The notes: a model not told the origin generated them from the letters alone. A DNA stretch of 61,323 nucleotides, filler included, from 7 parts of 7 records of this genome joined end to end with filler, not necessarily neighbours in it, one strand, 5' to 3'. Positions 1 to 13,458 are shown, numbered from the whole stretch's first letter. Program-made: numbers and translations.

Positions 1-1017
1 CTCCATGTGCATGGAGTTATATTCGTAGAAGGCGCGCAGGTCCGCATCCATGGTTTCCACGTTCTGCCAGGCAGGCGGAATCATCATGCGCACGGCGCGG
101 AACAGATCCATGCCCCCGGCCAGCAGGATTTCCAGCATGTTATCCATGCTGGAGGAATCGGAGCCGGTACGGTTAACCAGCGGGCTCAGTTCTTCCAGGC
201 CCGGCAACAGCTCATTCTCGAACTTGTTTTCCCGGGCCAGCGCCCAATTCCGGTTACCCTGCACAGTGTTGATTTCACCGTTGTGGGCCAGGTAACGGAA
301 CGGCTGAGCCAGCGGCCACTGGGGCAGCGTGTTGGTAGAAAAGCGCTGGTGGAAAACGACAATGGCCGTTTCCATGGCGCTGTCACCCAGGTCCGGGAAG
401 AACACCGGCAGATCCACCGGCATCATCAAGCCTTTGTAAGACATCACAGAGGCGGACAGGGAACAGATATAGAAGTAGCCGTCGCTTTCGATGGCTTTTT
501 CCGCATGGCGACGGGCAAAGAACAGCCGACGGTTCAGCTCCTGCTCGGAGTTGCCATCTGCCGCCACCATCACCTGCCAGAAGCCCGGCAGGGACGCCCG
601 CGCCAGATCACCGAGGCAAGACGGATCGGTGGGCACTTCGCGCCAGCCGAGTACGGCAACGCCCTGGGCCTCCAGAGCCGCATTGATAGCGCTTTTCTGC
701 TGCTCGGACTGATCCGCGTCCGGGTGGGTAAATACCATCCCCACGCCGTAGTTATCCGGCAACGTAATGGATTGCTCTTCCGCGACCTTGCGGAAGAAAG
801 AATCGGGTTTCTTAAGCAACAGACCGCAGCCATCACCGGTTTTTCCGTCGGCATTAATGCCGCCCCGGTGTGTCATGCACGTAAGTGCTTCAATAGCAGT
901 TTGCAGAAGCTCGTGGCTGGCCTGGCCCTCCATATGGGCAATCAGACCAAAACCACAGTTGTCCCGGAATTCTCCGGGCTCAGTGAGCCCCCGCACCAGC
1001 GTTGAGTTCTGCTGCAT
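1..1017 (-). CDS. gltB: Glutamate synthase large subunit, N-terminal part (truncated at window start)
   Basis: Manual minus-strand translation from ATG 1017: [31 protein letters not shown]...[16 protein letters not shown]...EYNSMHME, the GltB Ntn-amidotransferase motifs. RBS AGAGGAAAGG upstream. Absent from the ORF track because it has no stop in the window. Confidence 0.95.
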   Translation of the reverse strand, partial: MQQNSTLVRGLTEPGEFRDNCGFGLIAHMEGQASHELLQTAIEALTCMTHRGGINADGKTGDGCGLLLKKPDSFFRKVAEEQSITLPDNYGVGMVFTHPDADQSEQQKSAINAALEAQGVAVLGWREVPTDPSCLGDLARASLPGFWQVMVAADGNSEQELNRRLFFARRHAEKAIESDGYFYICSLSASVMSYKGLMMPVDLPVFFPDLGDSAMETAIVVFHQRFSTNTLPQWPLAQPFRYLAHNGEINTVQGNRNWALARENKFENELLPGLEELSPLVNRTGSDSSSMDNMLEILLAGGMDLFRAVRMMIPPAWQNVETMDADLRAFYEYNSMHME

Positions 1018-1160
1018 GAAAACCTTTCCTCTTGAAATTCAGAGACTTACAGAAGGCAAATGGCGTCAAGAAAATGGTGACGGCAAAAAAGGGATATGCA
1101 TTCTACACATTGCGCGCTTGGGCGACAAATTGAACAGTCACCCAAGGCGCTTTTTCATGC

Positions 1161-2717
1161 TCAAAGTTCGCCGCGAACATCGCCCATTTTGCGAGGAAAA
1201 GGCCCCGCTGAGCGCAACTTTGCTGGCAACGTCAACTTTGCATCAAGCGCAGCCTGACGACTGGAATAGTCCCCGGCGAGCACCAGAAACACGGTTTTTC
1301 CATTCCGTTTGGCCGGATAATAAGCGCCTTTACGGTCCAGCTGGTCCAGCACCGCACGGGCATTAGCCTCTTGGCTAGTGGCGGTAATCTGCAAAAACCA
1401 GCGATTATCATCCAGCGCCGCGAGCCAGGCCGCCTGATTATACCCGGAGGTGTCGGTCGTCGGTTTTTCCTGCGCGGATGGCGAAGCAGCCTTGCCCTCC
1501 TCGGACTTTGGTTCTGACGGCGCAGAGTCGGCCGGCTTCTCGGGGGGCGGCGCTACCGCAACCTCTTGTTGCGCCTGGGCCGGTGACGACTGCATCACCG
1601 GATCGGTCACCGGCGTCAGCTCCACATTGCTGCTCGGCGCAACCTCAACGTTGCTTTCTTCGTCTTCCGGCTCCGCCCCTAGATCCTCGAGACGCGCCAC
1701 CGGCTCCATGGTCGGCTTCAGCGGTGTCACCCCGGGCTCCTGGGGCGCGGCCTCTTCCGGTTTCGACGACACCGACTCCGGCACAGGCAAAGCCAACTCG
1801 CGGGAGGCCTGCGCCGCATCCTCATCATCACCGCCAGAAAGCACCGACCACAAGAGGATCACCACCAACAACAAGCCCACAACAGCCGCCCCGTGACGCC
1901 AGGGCGCAGCGGCACGGGACGCTGACGCCGTATCAGCCGGCGGCACTGGCGCTTCGGCATCAGCATGATCATCGTCATCTTCATCACTGGAACGCGCGGA
2001 AAAACCCGGCATGTCACTCATTTCGTCATCGCCATCGGCCTCGCCCGCTTCAGCGGCGCTATCCGAGCTGTACGTGGCAGCCCCCACCGGCACCGCTGCA
2101 GCGGAGTCCCGGGTACCCTGCAGCAGCCCCAGCAGAGCACCCGGCAACCCCTCACTACGGTGCGCCAGCCGCTCTGACTCAGCCTCATCCAGCTCCTCAG
2201 CGGCAACAAACCAGGCAAAGTCCTGCACGTCATCAGCATTCAGTGTCGGCAGATCCAGCACATCATCCACGGTAAAGTCCACGGACTTGAGCGCTTCAAC
2301 GGTACCCGGCAGCCCGCCGAACAGGTAGCACAACCGCACCCCCAGCTTCTGCTTGAGGGCCGCCATGGTGGTCAGCGCATCCGCCCGCACGTCTTCACTG
2401 TTATCCACCACCACCACCAGGCGACCGTTACTCAAGGTGTCACGGAGCACCTGAGGCAGCTCGGCGCGGTCGATATCAAAATGACGCAACAACGCATCAA
2501 CCACCACATTGGCATCATGGGGCTCACTGCCATCGATGCGAACCACTTCCATGTCGGCCAGCAGCGCCATCACTGCCTGCCCGAGCAGAGTAGACACACC
2601 GCTGCCCGTATCGCCCTCTAAAGCCACTACCGACCCCAGCCCGGCATGGGCGGTCATGGCATCCAGAAAATCCCCTCGCGAGGCCCCGCTATAGAAACGT
2701 TCGTCATCATGCTCCAC
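1161..2717 (-). CDS. DamX-like protein: AAA-like N-terminal domain, TM helix, low-complexity linker, C-terminal SPOR domain
   Basis: P-loop-like GDTGSGVST and Walker-B-like [29 protein letters not shown]-like [14 protein letters not shown]...[13 protein letters not shown]; classic aroB-damX position. GTG start 2717 has GGAGG RBS. Confidence 0.8.
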   Translation of the reverse strand: MEHDDERFYSGASRGDFLDAMTAHAGLGSVVALEGDTGSGVSTLLGQAVMALLADMEVVRIDGSEPHDANVVVDALLRHFDIDRAELPQVLRDTLSNGRLVVVVDNSEDVRADALTTMAALKQKLGVRLCYLFGGLPGTVEALKSVDFTVDDVLDLPTLNADDVQDFAWFVAAEELDEAESERLAHRSEGLPGALLGLLQGTRDSAAAVPVGAATYSSDSAAEAGEADGDDEMSDMPGFSARSSDEDDDDHADAEAPVPPADTASASRAAAPWRHGAAVVGLLLVVILLWSVLSGGDDEDAAQASRELALPVPESVSSKPEEAAPQEPGVTPLKPTMEPVARLEDLGAEPEDEESNVEVAPSSNVELTPVTDPVMQSSPAQAQQEVAVAPPPEKPADSAPSEPKSEEGKAASPSAQEKPTTDTSGYNQAAWLAALDDNRWFLQITATSQEANARAVLDQLDRKGAYYPAKRNGKTVFLVLAGDYSSRQAALDAKLTLPAKLRSAGPFPRKMGDVRGEL

Positions 2718-3786
2718 AAAAAGCCTCCAGCGTTTTTTGCAATGCCGCTTCATCATAGTCGGCTGTTACCACAGCCTTACCCAGCGCGCGCAACAGCACA
2801 AGGCGTAACTGGCCGTTATGAACCTTCTTGTCCATAGCCATAAGATCGACAAATTGTTCCGGCGTCATGCCTTCAGGAACCGCCACCGGCAAGCCCCAGG
2901 TCGACAGCAGTGCCACGACATCCGCCTCCAGCGAGCCCTGCACCCAACCCAGCTCGGCCGACATGCGGATCGCCATAAGCATGCCCACCGCCACGGCTTC
3001 ACCATGCAACCACTGACTGTAACCGGTGGCCGTCTCGATCGCGTGACCGAAGGTATGCCCCAGATTCAACAGTGCACGATTACCTTGTTCGGTCTCATCG
3101 TCAGCCACCACCTGCGCCTTGTTTTCGCAGCTACGGAAGATGGCCTCGGATATAACCGACTCCTCTCTGGACAACAGCTTGCTGTTGTTGGTTTCCAGCC
3201 ACTGGTAGAAATCCGGATCACGGATCAGGCCGTATTTGACCACTTCCGCGTAACCGGCAGCCAGCTCCCGCTCGGGCAGCGTGCCCAGCACATCGGTATC
3301 AATCAGCACCAGGCGCGGCTGATGAAAGGCGCCAATCATGTTCTTGCCGCGGGGGTGATTTACCGCCGTCTTCCCCCCCACGGACGAGTCCACCTGCGCT
3401 AACAGCGTGGTCGGCACCTGAATAAAATCCACACCACGTTGATAACAGGCCGCCGCAAAACCCACCATGTCACCGACCACGCCGCCACCCAGCGCGATCA
3501 ACGTGGTCGTGCGCGAATGACGTTTGGCCATCAAGGCATCAAAAAGCGTTTCCAGAGTTTCCAGGGTTTTGTATTTCTCACCGTCAGGAAGGATCAACGT
3601 GTCGCACTGGATCGCGGAAAATTGCGCTTCCAACGCCGCCAGATACAACGGGGCGATCGTTTCATTGGTGATAATCATCACCTGATTACCGCGCACCTGC
3701 TCGGCCAGAGGAAAAGACGACAGCAAGCCGGCCCCGATATGAATAGGGTAACTCCGCTCGGCCAGGGCTACCTGAAGTGTGCGCAT
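2707..3786 (-). CDS. aroB: 3-dehydroquinate synthase
   Basis: Motifs [25 protein letters not shown] and [12 protein letters not shown]; start MRTLQV at 3786. Confidence 0.97.
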   Translation of the reverse strand: MRTLQVALAERSYPIHIGAGLLSSFPLAEQVRGNQVMIITNETIAPLYLAALEAQFSAIQCDTLILPDGEKYKTLETLETLFDALMAKRHSRTTTLIALGGGVVGDMVGFAAACYQRGVDFIQVPTTLLAQVDSSVGGKTAVNHPRGKNMIGAFHQPRLVLIDTDVLGTLPERELAAGYAEVVKYGLIRDPDFYQWLETNNSKLLSREESVISEAIFRSCENKAQVVADDETEQGNRALLNLGHTFGHAIETATGYSQWLHGEAVAVGMLMAIRMSAELGWVQGSLEADVVALLSTWGLPVAVPEGMTPEQFVDLMAMDKKVHNGQLRLVLLRALGKAVVTADYDEAALQKTLEAFCGA

Positions 3787-3846
3787 TACAGCTCCCACAA
3801 AATAATTCAGCAAAACAGGCCGACAGCAGCCCGACAATTGCCTGCA

Positions 3847-4383
3847 TTATCCTTGTGGGTGAGAGTCCAAACAAGCGAGCACGTCATCGGCGACCTTTTT
3901 CAGGTTACCGGATGCGGTCGAGACGACATGGTGAGCCACCTGCCGGTAGAGCGGATCACGCTCAGCGAGCAGGGTCTCAAGCCGCGCCCTGGGGTCTGCC
4001 GTTTGCAGCAGCGGGCGGCCTTTGTCATTGCGGGTGCGCGCCAACTGAATGTCTACCGGCGTCCACAGATAGACCACACAGCCACGCTCATGGAGAAAGG
4101 TGCGATTTTCCGGGGTCACCACAACCCCACCCCCGGTCGCCAGCACGATGCCGGACTCCCGGGTCAATTCGTCGATGACATCCTGCTCTCTCCGCCGGAA
4201 CCCCGCCTCACCTTCCATATCGAAGATCCAGGGAATGTCCGCCCCGGTCTTCTCCTCAATCACACGATCAGAGTCGAAAAACGGGCGATCCAGCAGCTGG
4301 GCAAGATGCCGGCCCAGGGTGCTTTTACCTGCACCCATGGGCCCGACAAGAATCAAAGGAACAATAGAATTAGTCTTGATCAC
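3847..4383 (-). CDS. aroK: Shikimate kinase
   Basis: GPMGAGKST P-loop, IFDMEGEAGFRRRE, ATGGG, RPLL; lies between pilQ and aroB. Confidence 0.97.
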   Translation of the reverse strand: MIKTNSIVPLILVGPMGAGKSTLGRHLAQLLDRPFFDSDRVIEEKTGADIPWIFDMEGEAGFRRREQDVIDELTRESGIVLATGGGVVVTPENRTFLHERGCVVYLWTPVDIQLARTRNDKGRPLLQTADPRARLETLLAERDPLYRQVAHHVVSTASGNLKKVADDVLACLDSHPQG

Positions 4384-6548
4384 CGATTAGCCAAAGCATC
4401 CTTCATCAACCGTGGCGTAATAAAGATCAGCAGCTCCTGCTTGTTATCACGATTCACGGTCTTCCTGAACAGGTTACCAATCCACGGCAAGTCACCCAGG
4501 AAAGGCGTCTTGGTCACGGAATTGATCTTCTCCTGCTGGAAGATACCACCAAGCACCACTGTCTCGCCATCATTGACCAGCACTGAAGTTTCTACCCGGT
4601 TAGTATTGATCGCCGCAGAACCGTCTGAACTGAAGGAATCATTGTTCACTTTCAGCGTCATGATGATATTGCCATCTGGCGTGATATGTGGGGTTACCTC
4701 AAGACGCAGCTCCGCTTCCACAAAATCGATGGACGTAGCGCCCGAGGACGTGGCCACCTCAAAAGGCACCTGCTGACCGGATGCGATCACCGCAGGCTGC
4801 TGATCCGCTGTTAACACCTTGGGAGTAGCCACCAGCTCACCATGACCTTCCGCTTCCAGAGCGGAAAGCTCAAGCTCGATCAGGCCAGAGGCGAGAGAGG
4901 TAAAGCCGACAGCAAACCGGGATGCATTGGCAGAATCCACACCCAAGTCGACGATCAGATCGTCATCGTTCTCGATATCTTCAAATTCATAATCATCAGG
5001 GCCGAAATCCACATCATCAGGATCAATAGCCGGGCTGGCCGCAAAGGCTGTTCCGTCAATATTAGTCTGGTGCAAATTACGCAGAGACTGCAAACGGCCC
5101 GACACACCATAGGTACGACCATCCTGAAGCATACTCTCGGTGTCAAAACCCAAACCACCCCAACGCACACCGAATTCATCCGTTACGTCATTGGTTGCCA
5201 CCACAACGCGGGCCTCGATAAGTACCTGCTGAACAGGAACATCCAGCTGGTCAATCAGCTCACGAATCTCCTCCAGCTTTGCCTGGGTATCCTGCACAAT
5301 CAGCGTATTGGTGCGCTGATCGACAACAACAGAGCCACGACTGGAAACCAGCGCCTCGCCTTTACCCCCAGCGTTGGCAATCAACCCTTTCAGCTCCGAG
5401 GCGTTGGCATAATTGATATTGATATATTGGGTACGCAAGGGCGCCAATGCTTCAATTTTCTTCTGGCTTTCCAGCTCCAACTGCTCACGGGCCGCAATCT
5501 CATCTGCGGGCGCGACGAGCAAGACGTTACCCACCTGACGCTTATCCAGCCCCTTGGTTTTCAGAATCAATTCCAGCGCCTGATCCCAAGGCACATTCTG
5601 CAAACGCAGAGTGATGCGCCCATCAACCGTATCAGAGGCCACCAGGTTCAAGCCGGTAAAGTCGGCGATCAGCTGAAGCACCGAACGCACTTCAATATCC
5701 TGGAAATTCAGGGACAACTTTTCGCCAGTGTATTCAAACGCGTCTTTTTTCTTTCGTGCCGCTTCCGCCTTGCTCACCGGCTTAACATTAATACTGAACT
5801 CGTTATCCGCTTGGTATGCCAGATACTCCCACACCCCGGTCGGCTCAATAACCACCATGGTGCTACCCTCGGCTGACTGGGTCTCCACCATCTTGACCGG
5901 CGTCGCAAAATCGGTCACATCCAGTTTCCGCACCAGCTCATTGGGCACACCAGCCCCGACAAACCGGGCCACAATCTTGCCGCCCTCTTCCTTCACATCG
6001 ACCGGAATTGAGGGCTCAGACAGCTTGATAATCACACGACCTTCGCCGCTATCACCACGCCGAAAATCCACACCGGTTACAGCCGCTTCGCCACTGTAAT
6101 CGTCACCTTGGGTGGCCTGATTCTGCTTATCCACCTGATCATTACCCAGGAGAACAACCAGATCATCCCCTTCGGCACGAGTAGAATACCCGGTCAGCGA
6201 TTCCAGATTAAAAATTAGTCGTGTTCGGTCTTTTGCTTCAACGATAGTCACGCTGCGGGCATTACCCGAACCGAGATTTTGCCGCTTGCCTGCGATATCC
6301 GTATCGGCGCCAACAAGATCCAGAGCAATTCGGGCAGGCTGCTCAATACTGTACCCCTTTACTTCCGGCACCCCCCCTTCAAACTTCAAGCGCACTTCCA
6401 TGCCATCACCGGACAGGGAGTTCGCTTCGATCGACTTCAGCGTATCTGCGCCCGCAACCATAGAGAGAACCGACAGCACCCCTACAGAAAACAGCCCCGC
6501 CAGACGCCGGGAAGCGCTCTTTTTTATTGTCAATTTTGCACATTTCAT
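4380..6548 (-). CDS. pilQ: Type IV pilus secretin
   Basis: AMIN-like N-terminal domains, YTGEKLSLNFQDIEVRSVLQLIADF, secretin C-terminus PFLGDLPWIGNLFR...ELLIFITPR. Confidence 0.97.
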   Translation of the reverse strand: MKCAKLTIKKSASRRLAGLFSVGVLSVLSMVAGADTLKSIEANSLSGDGMEVRLKFEGGVPEVKGYSIEQPARIALDLVGADTDIAGKRQNLGSGNARSVTIVEAKDRTRLIFNLESLTGYSTRAEGDDLVVLLGNDQVDKQNQATQGDDYSGEAAVTGVDFRRGDSGEGRVIIKLSEPSIPVDVKEEGGKIVARFVGAGVPNELVRKLDVTDFATPVKMVETQSAEGSTMVVIEPTGVWEYLAYQADNEFSINVKPVSKAEAARKKKDAFEYTGEKLSLNFQDIEVRSVLQLIADFTGLNLVASDTVDGRITLRLQNVPWDQALELILKTKGLDKRQVGNVLLVAPADEIAAREQLELESQKKIEALAPLRTQYININYANASELKGLIANAGGKGEALVSSRGSVVVDQRTNTLIVQDTQAKLEEIRELIDQLDVPVQQVLIEARVVVATNDVTDEFGVRWGGLGFDTESMLQDGRTYGVSGRLQSLRNLHQTNIDGTAFAASPAIDPDDVDFGPDDYEFEDIENDDDLIVDLGVDSANASRFAVGFTSLASGLIELELSALEAEGHGELVATPKVLTADQQPAVIASGQQVPFEVATSSGATSIDFVEAELRLEVTPHITPDGNIIMTLKVNNDSFSSDGSAAINTNRVETSVLVNDGETVVLGGIFQQEKINSVTKTPFLGDLPWIGNLFRKTVNRDNKQELLIFITPRLMKDALANR

Positions 6549-6568
6549 AACTGGGTCCCCAGCGACTA

Positions 6569-7096
6569 TTATTCGGAAATCGAGACGTTACTGGCGCGTT
6601 CCACCCAGCCATCTCGACCATCCGGTACGATTTCAATCAAACTTACCTTGGCTTCGTTAACCTGCTTGACCAAGCCAAAATTCTTCCCCATATGACTACC
6701 CGGCTTGACCCGAGTAACAGCCCCCGAAGGGTCAGCAACAAGCGCCTGGAGCGGCTCGCCAGGCTTACTAATGGTCCCAACCATTTTCAGCGTATCCAGC
6801 GAGAATCGCTCCAGGTATTCTTTCGGGCGCCCCATATCCGGCTCTACCTTTCGGCCATCTGGCACGACCAGCAGCTCCTGATCCTGCGGCGGACTGAATG
6901 GAGAGCGAAGCTTGTGGGCCGCATATGAATAAGAAGCGATAGGCTTGAATTCAGGTGGTGGCTCAATCCGCCCCCGAGGCCTTGCCTTGATTTCCTGGAG
7001 TCGCGCATCCAGTTCTGACAAATTTGCACTGGAACCGCACCCGGCAAGACCGAACAAGGCGACGCAAGCAACAGAAAGAAAGACTAATTTTTTCAT
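6569..7096 (-). CDS. pilP: Type IV pilus assembly lipoprotein
   Basis: Lipobox LAGC, LRSPF, KEYLERFSLDTLKMVGT, GWVER; operon position. Confidence 0.95.
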   Translation of the reverse strand: MKKLVFLSVACVALFGLAGCGSSANLSELDARLQEIKARPRGRIEPPPEFKPIASYSYAAHKLRSPFSPPQDQELLVVPDGRKVEPDMGRPKEYLERFSLDTLKMVGTISKPGEPLQALVADPSGAVTRVKPGSHMGKNFGLVKQVNEAKVSLIEIVPDGRDGWVERASNVSISE

Positions 7097-7110
7097 TATC
7101 CCACGCCCCC

Positions 7111-7784
7111 TTATTTATTCTTGCCAGAAGAATTCGCGCCGCCCGCAGCGCCATCCTTACTCGAATAGCGGTAGGTCTTGGCCGTAATGTCCATTCTCAG
7201 CAGCCCCAGAGCAGCCAACTCTTTATTACTATCCGATGGCCGCGTCACAGTAAAATCATGCAGCGTCACAATACGCGGCAGCGACGCCACACCGGACACA
7301 AACGAACCGAAACCATGGTAATCACCGATCACCTGAATATTGATTGGGAGTTCTGCGTAAAACTCCTTTTCAATTTCATTTCTCAGCTCAATGTTTTCAA
7401 ATTCCAACCCACTGCCCAACCCCGTATGGGTGATATCCTCAAGCAAGCCGGGCACCTCGGTATCCTTGGGCAGCTGCTTGAGCAGGGCCCCAAAGGTCTG
7501 CTCCATTTCCGCCAACTGCTTACGAAACTGATCAAGGTTATGGGCTTCAAACGCTTTCTTTTCATACCCTTGCAGCAAGGTCGCTTCTTCTCTTCTTTGC
7601 TGCTCAAGCGTCTGATTGGCATCACTGATCGACAGGAAATAACCAAGAACGACAACAATAACCAGTACAAGAATGGCCGCCCCAATCTTTATTGGCGTAG
7701 GCCAGCCTCCCACATTCTCAAAATCCAGGCTGTTGAGTTCATCCATCAACTCGCCCAGATCCAAATTTTTCAGCTCAGAGGCTT

Positions 7785-7788
<4 letters not shown>
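7111..7788 (-). CDS. pilO: Type IV pilus assembly protein
   Basis: LLKQLPKDTEVPGLLEDI, FYAELPI, LPRIVTLHDF, AKTYRY. Confidence 0.96.
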
Positions 7789-9436
<1,648 letters not shown>

Positions 9437-9617
9437 TTATTATTGAAGTGTTTTTTCTTGCTAAAGATACACTTACACGTTTTTTATGTCGAATCACTTT
9501 AGGAGTTAGTAATAGCAGAACAGATATTAGATCACAACAAGCATTCCGCCATATAATGACCCACTTCACGGGCCGGCTAGGCCTTTCTACCGATCCCAGC
9601 CAGTAGTTGCCGAAAAC

Positions 9618-12191
9618 ATGCGTTTACCCTCCTGGATCCGATACCTGCTGTTACTCCTTATTGCCGGCGCCGGTGGCAGCCTGACAGCCCTCGCCGCCAG
9701 CTACCTCTATCTGGCTCCCCAGCTGCCCCCGGCAAGCCAGATTCGCGAGGTGGAATACCAGATCCCCCTGCGCATCTATAGTCGCGATATGAAGCTGATC
9801 GCAGAATACGGGGAAAAACGCCGCCAGCCAGTGACTTACGACGAACTGCCGCAACCATTGATCCAGGCGGTACTGGCCGCGGAAGACGAGCGCTTCTTCC
9901 GCCACAACGGCGTGGACCTGAAAGGCCTACTGCGTGCCTTTGTGGAATTGGCCCGCTACCGGGAGATTCGCTCCGGGGGCTCCACCATCACCATGCAGGT
10001 GGCCCGCAACTTCTTTCTGGACCGGGAACAGCGCTTTCTGCGCAAATTCAACGAAATCGTGCTCGCCATCCAGATTGAACGGGTCCTCAGCAAGGAAGAA
10101 ATCCTTGAGCTTTATCTAAACAAGATCTATCTGGGGCACCGGGCCTACGGCGCCGAAGCCGCCTCCCAAGTGTATTATGGCAAGTCTGTGGGCGAACTTA
10201 CCCTGCCCCAATGGGCCATGATTGCCGGGCTACCGAAAGCCCCTTCAGCCTATAACCCGATCACCAACCCCCAGCGCGCCCAGGTGCGACGCAACTGGAT
10301 CCTGCATCGCATGGAAGAGACCGGCGCCCTCACCGCCGAGCAGCGCGAGCTGGCCCAGGCTGCCCCGGTCAGCGCCCGCTTCCATGCCGCCTCACCGGAA
10401 GTGGACGCCGCCTATCTGGGCGAGATGGCCCGCCTGCAGGCCATGGAATTAGTGGACGCCAACATCTACACCGACGGCATCCGCATCATCACCACGGTAG
10501 ACAGCAAACGCCAGCAGGCTGCGGTCAACGCCCTGCGCAACGGCCTGCACAGTTATGACGAGCGCCACGGCTACCGGGGCCCGCTGGCACAGCTGGACAT
10601 CAGCGACGCCCCGGCCCTGCCCTCACCCTCCGACGCGGACAGCGAAAAGCCCCCGGAAGACAGCACCGACAAGCCCGTCGTTGCCGAAGAGGCTGAACTG
10701 GAAAAGACCATCACCGGTCTTGACCCGGATGTCGCCGCCTGGGCAGAACGCATCAAGGACCAGCGCCGCATCGGCCCCCTGCAGCCGGCCATCGTTACCG
10801 CCGTAGGCGACAAGGATGCGGAAATCCTGTTCCGGGACGGCAAGCGCAGCCCGCTTGCCTGGAATGATATTCGCTGGGCGCGCCCCCAGCTCAACAACAA
10901 ATATGTCGGCAAAGAGCCCACCCGGGCCGGTGATGTCCTCAGTAAAGGGGACGTCATCTACGTCCGCCCCGCCGGCAGTGGCGACGAGCGTCACTGGCGC
11001 CTGGCCCAGCTCCCCAAGGCCCAGTCCGCCCTGATTTCACTGGACCCGTCCAATGGCGCCATTGTGGCGCTGCAAGGCGGCTACAGCTTCTCTACCTCCA
11101 ACTTCAACCGGGCCGTACAGAGCGAACGCCAGGCCGGCTCCGTGTTCAAGCCGTTCATCTACACCTCCGCCATGGAAAACGGTTTCACTCCGGCCTCCAT
11201 CATCAACGACGCCCCAGTGGTCTTTGATGACGACAAACTGGAAACCGCCTGGCGCCCCACCGGCGCCAGCGGCAAGTTTTATGGCCCCACCCGCATGCGC
11301 GAAGCCCTGTACCGCTCGCTGAACCTGGTCTCCATCCGCATCCTGCGTCAGATCGGCATCAGCCAGGCCATGGGCACCCTGAAACGCTTCGGCCTGCCGG
11401 CAGACACCTTCCAGCGCGATCTGTCCCTGGCCCTGGGTAGCGCCAGCGTGACCCCCATGGACATCGCCTCGGCCTACAGCATCTTTGCCAACGGCGGCTA
11501 TCGGGTAGCCCCCTGGAGCATTGTGCAGATTGAAAAGGATAACGGGGACGTGCTCTGGAAAGCTCCAGAGGTGATTTTCTGCGAAAGCCCCTGCCGGCCA
11601 CCGCAAACCGATAACGACACCCAAGACAACATGACCGAAGTCGACACTGTCGACACAGCCAATAGCGACAGCGATGACCGCACCACCCAGCCCCACCAAC
11701 CACCACCGGTCATGGCCCCGCGTGCAATCGACGCCCGCATTGCCTGGCTGATGAACTCCATACTGCAAGACGTGGTGCGCCGCGGCACCGGCCACCAGGC
11801 TAACCGCCTGGGCCGCCGGGACCTGGCCGGCAAAACCGGGACCACCAACGACCAGGTAGACGCCTGGTTCTCCGGCTACTCTCCGGACTTGGTCGCCACC
11901 GTCTGGGTCGGCTTCGACAATCCCGCTTCACTGGGCTGGGGTGAGTATGGCGGCAAGGCCGCCCTGCCCATCTGGATGGATTACATGGGGCCGGCACTGG
12001 AAGGCGTTCCCAACCGCCAGCTGGAACAACCCTCCGGCATCGCCACCGTGCGTATCGACCCGGACAGCGGCCTGCAGGCCCGGCCGGAGAACCCGGACTC
12101 CATTCGCGAGTACTTTATCCGCAGCCAGGTCCCCGATATGGAACCGGCGAGAGGGCCGGGCGGACACAGCGCACCGGAGCAAATATTTTAA
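9618..12191 (+). CDS. mrcA: Penicillin-binding protein 1A (class A PBP)
   Basis: Transglycosylase motifs EDERF, GGSTITMQ, LELYLN; transpeptidase SVFK, SLN, KTGTT; divergent from pilM as is typical. Confidence 0.96.
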   Translation: MRLPSWIRYLLLLLIAGAGGSLTALAASYLYLAPQLPPASQIREVEYQIPLRIYSRDMKLIAEYGEKRRQPVTYDELPQPLIQAVLAAEDERFFRHNGVDLKGLLRAFVELARYREIRSGGSTITMQVARNFFLDREQRFLRKFNEIVLAIQIERVLSKEEILELYLNKIYLGHRAYGAEAASQVYYGKSVGELTLPQWAMIAGLPKAPSAYNPITNPQRAQVRRNWILHRMEETGALTAEQRELAQAAPVSARFHAASPEVDAAYLGEMARLQAMELVDANIYTDGIRIITTVDSKRQQAAVNALRNGLHSYDERHGYRGPLAQLDISDAPALPSPSDADSEKPPEDSTDKPVVAEEAELEKTITGLDPDVAAWAERIKDQRRIGPLQPAIVTAVGDKDAEILFRDGKRSPLAWNDIRWARPQLNNKYVGKEPTRAGDVLSKGDVIYVRPAGSGDERHWRLAQLPKAQSALISLDPSNGAIVALQGGYSFSTSNFNRAVQSERQAGSVFKPFIYTSAMENGFTPASIINDAPVVFDDDKLETAWRPTGASGKFYGPTRMREALYRSLNLVSIRILRQIGISQAMGTLKRFGLPADTFQRDLSLALGSASVTPMDIASAYSIFANGGYRVAPWSIVQIEKDNGDVLWKAPEVIFCESPCRPPQTDNDTQDNMTEVDTVDTANSDSDDRTTQPHQPPPVMAPRAIDARIAWLMNSILQDVVRRGTGHQANRLGRRDLAGKTGTTNDQVDAWFSGYSPDLVATVWVGFDNPASLGWGEYGGKAALPIWMDYMGPALEGVPNRQLEQPSGIATVRIDPDSGLQARPENPDSIREYFIRSQVPDMEPARGPGGHSAPEQIF

Positions 12192-12251
12192 AGAGACGCA
12201 ACATGCATCACGCAACACGGAAAGGCGTGAAGCGTGCTGCATGATGCTTGC

Positions 12252-12291
12252 AGCCATAAAAAAACCGCCTTCCGGCGGTTTTTTTATGGCT
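12252..12291. terminator. Bidirectional intrinsic terminator between convergent mrcA and malic enzyme genes
   Basis: Perfect inverted repeat AGCCATAAAAAAACCGCC-ttcc-GGCGGTTTTTTTATGGCT. Confidence 0.9.
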
Positions 12292-12302
12292 CGCGTTTGT
12301 TG

Positions 12303-13324
12303 CTACAACTCCGGGAAGATCTCGTCCAGCGAGTTCAACGGGTAGTGTGACGGGTAGCCTTTACGGGCCACACCGCAGTCCACCGCCGCCCGCGCCACAG
12401 CCGCAGACACCTTGCCCAGCAAACGCGGATCGTTCGGCTTGGGAATAATGTAATCCGCACCAAAGGTCAGGGGCTCACCACCGTAGGCATCCAGCACCTC
12501 CTGCGGGGGCGCGGTGCGCACCAGCTCGGCGATGGCATGCACTGCGGCGATCTTCATTTCCTCAGTGATGGACGTGGAGCGCACATCCAGCGCCCCGCGG
12601 AACATGTACGGGAAACACAGCACATTGTTCACCTGATTGGGAAAATCCGAACGACCGGTCGCCACAATCGCATCCGAACGCGCCGCCTTGGCCACCTCCG
12701 GACGAATCTCCGGGTCCGGGTTAGCCAGTGCGAAAATGATCGGTTTGGGCGCCATTTTCTTGACCATGTCCGGAGTCAGCATATCCGGCCCGGAAACACC
12801 GATGAACACATCGGCGTCTTCAACCGCATCATCCAGGGTGCGCTTGTCAGTATCGTTAGCCAGCGCCGCCTTGTACTGGTTCAGGTCATCGCGACGGCTA
12901 TGAATCACACCCTTGCGATCCAACACCAGGATATTTTCCTTGCGCGCGCCCATCTCGATCAGCAGGCGCACAGACGCCACACCAGCCGCCCCGGCACCCA
13001 CACACACGACCTTGATGTCTTCGATACGCTTGCTCTGAATTTCCAGCGCGTTGATCAGACCGGCACACACCACAATGGCGGTACCGTGCTGGTCATCATG
13101 AAACACCGGCACATCACACTGCTCTTTAAGAATGCGCTCGATCTCAAAACATTCCGGCGCGCGGATATCTTCCAGATTGATACCCCCAAAGGTGCGATGG
13201 ATACGCATCACCGTATCGATAAAGGCCTGGGAATCTTCCGCATCTACTTCGATATCAAACACATCGATACCGGCAAACAGCTTGAACAGAATCCCCTTGC
13301 CTTCCATCACCGGCTTGGACGCCA
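12303..13324 (-). CDS. maeB: Malic enzyme (NAD(P)-dependent, no PTA domain), 5' truncated
   Basis: ASKPVMEGK, INLEDI, PVFHDDQHGTAIV, GAGAAG, ATGRSDFPNQVNNVL. Confidence 0.92.
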
Positions 13325-13424
13325 NNNNNNNNNNNNNNNNNNNNNNNNNNNNNNNNNNNNNNNNNNNNTTAATTAATTAANNNNNNNNNNNNNNNNNNNN
13401 NNNNNNNNNNNNNNNNNNNNNNNN
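13325..13424. other. Artificial contig spacer (same 100-nt spacer at 24854-24953, 33588-33687, 39501-39600, 46931-47030, 52566-52665)
   Basis: N-run + TTAATTAATTAA (stops in all six frames) + N-run; genes are truncated at junctions and composition changes. Confidence 0.98.
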
Positions 13425-13454
13425 GTCGCGGGTTCGAGTCCCGTCCGCTCCGCC
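13425..13454 (+). tRNA. 3' half of a tRNA, most likely tRNA-Asp (truncated by contig start)
   Basis: GTCGCGGGTTCGAGTCCCGTCCGCTCCGCC matches the T-arm and acceptor 3' strand of bacterial tRNA-Asp; anticodon not visible. Confidence 0.8.
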
Positions 13455-13458
13455 TTCA

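Noticed and set aside
7-1005. 332-aa plus-strand ORF
   Set aside because: Antisense shadow of gltB, which is read on the minus strand from 1017.
3439-5876. Long plus-strand ORFs 3439-4776 and 4842-5876
   Set aside because: Antisense to aroB, aroK and pilQ; no motifs; typical of GC-rich codon bias.
12195-12250. Short ACGCAAC/GCATCAC-like repeats after mrcA
   Set aside because: Too short and degenerate for CRISPR or a defined element; no spacers or cas genes.
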